Positions 62,886-64,000 of a stretch of 64,000 nt of DNA are shown here, in pieces. The translations under genes were made by a program, and so were the position numbers. The notes beneath the pieces were generated by a model. It was not told the origin of the DNA and did no database searches. It saw only the letters and a list, made by a program, of their open reading frames with translations. Source of the DNA: Felis catus (Eukaryota); assembly GCF_018350175.1 (NCBI RefSeq), contig NC_058368.1, forward strand, positions 123,382,001-123,446,000. The letters run 5' to 3'. Within the stretch, counting starts at the first letter, position 1; each line of letters starts with the position of its first letter.

Positions 62886-64000
62886 CCTTAATAATCGTAA
62901 AATTAAAAAACTGGCTTTGATTTTGGCCTTGACAAGAGATTAACTTCAGTTTTCAAAGTCCTTTTAATATAGCATGAACTTTTGGGACAATCCAACATGA
63001 AATATCAGGCCTGTACAAGCCTTTTATTTCTGGTTAATAACTGGCATGTTGGCTTATACAGAACCTCTTGTAGGCATAATGTTTATATTCTCAAAGACCA
63101 AGCTGTAGATCACTTGATGGGAGTTTCTGTACTTACAAAACACTGAACTAGAAAGAATCATAATGATTTTATCAAAGTAACATCACCCTATGGGGCCATG
63201 CCTGGGGTACAGTCAATCAGCATCCTCCTCCAAGGGAACCCTCTGTCGTCTCCCTCAAAGCAGTTATCATGGGCTAGGTTTACATGGTTCAGATTATAGC
63301 AGGTGTTCTATGAATTAACTTTTTTTTTTTAATTAATCATTAAAACTCAAGTTCCTGAGCCATGTCCTTCAACAGCCTAGACAAACGGAAACCAAAGAGG
63401 CTTGTTACTGTGAAAACCAAAAAAAAAAAAAAAAACAGACTGAGGTCTAAATTTTCTCAAACTTAAATGTACGCTTGAGTCAGGAGGCCAATTCTGGTTC
63501 AGGAAATCTGAGGTGGGGCTTGAATAGCTGCGTCTCTAACAAGCACCAGGTGATGGCAGCACTTTTAAGTCCAAGAACCTTGGTGTAGCAAGGTCAGAGA
63601 ATTGAAGTCCGGGTGTCATATGAAGTTTGGCTTTCTTATTAACTCAGCCAGAGAGCACCAAAGAAAAATTATCATAGTGAAGAGGTGATACGTGGTTTGT
63701 ATATTTTTTTGTTGTTTACTGGGTATTAGGTTTACAGGAGAATACTTTTCTACTGTATTCTTTATTATCAGGCAGCAAGAGTGGGAGCAAGTGGTTTATC
63801 AGTCTTTTGACAGGTTTTATATGCTTAAGCTGTGGGTTTGGCTCCAGAGGCAGAGCTACCAGCACCCTGAGCGACACCAAGAGTCAGGACCAGGTAGAAT
63901 GAGGCACCTTAATTTGAAATTTGCTGTGTGTCTTGGGGAAGAGTCCAAGGTGACTAAAGGAACCATGGATTTCAGGATATGCAGCTACCTCCATTTCCTG

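Noticed and set aside
57930..64000. GPX8, the miR-449 cluster and CDC20B exons 1-2, expected from synteny
   Set aside because: No GPX8 exon, miR-449 sequence or CDC20B N-terminal exon recognised; probably beyond the window end

Overview
Eukaryotic genomic DNA from a cat-family animal, judged from the abundant feline Can-SINE/SINEC_Fc and carnivore L1 copies. It covers the tryptase granzyme locus next to CDC20B. (1) An intact 5-exon granzyme A gene (GZMA) on + (ATG 18134 to TAA 26213, 261 aa), with a probable alternative leaderless first exon (1b, 20681-20699). (2) Upstream, a heavily decayed second granzyme gene that the ORF track barely shows (exon remnants 5234-5297, 10409-10546, 11234-11360, 14572-14748). 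It resembles cattle 'granzyme O' rather than GZMA and keeps a paralogous promoter. (3) CDC20B exons 3-12 on -, all in frame with GT-AG boundaries (53878 down to 29363); exons 1-2 lie beyond the window, and the C-terminus appears extended into MIR-derived sequence. (4) An RPL28 processed pseudogene (about 62364-62885) in CDC20B intron 2. (5) Many SINE, L1, L2, MIR, LTR and DNA-transposon fragments. Most ORFs in the supplied track are repeat-derived or spurious. Comparisons with human and cattle proteins and repeat consensus sequences are from memory, not database searches; repeat boundaries are approximate.
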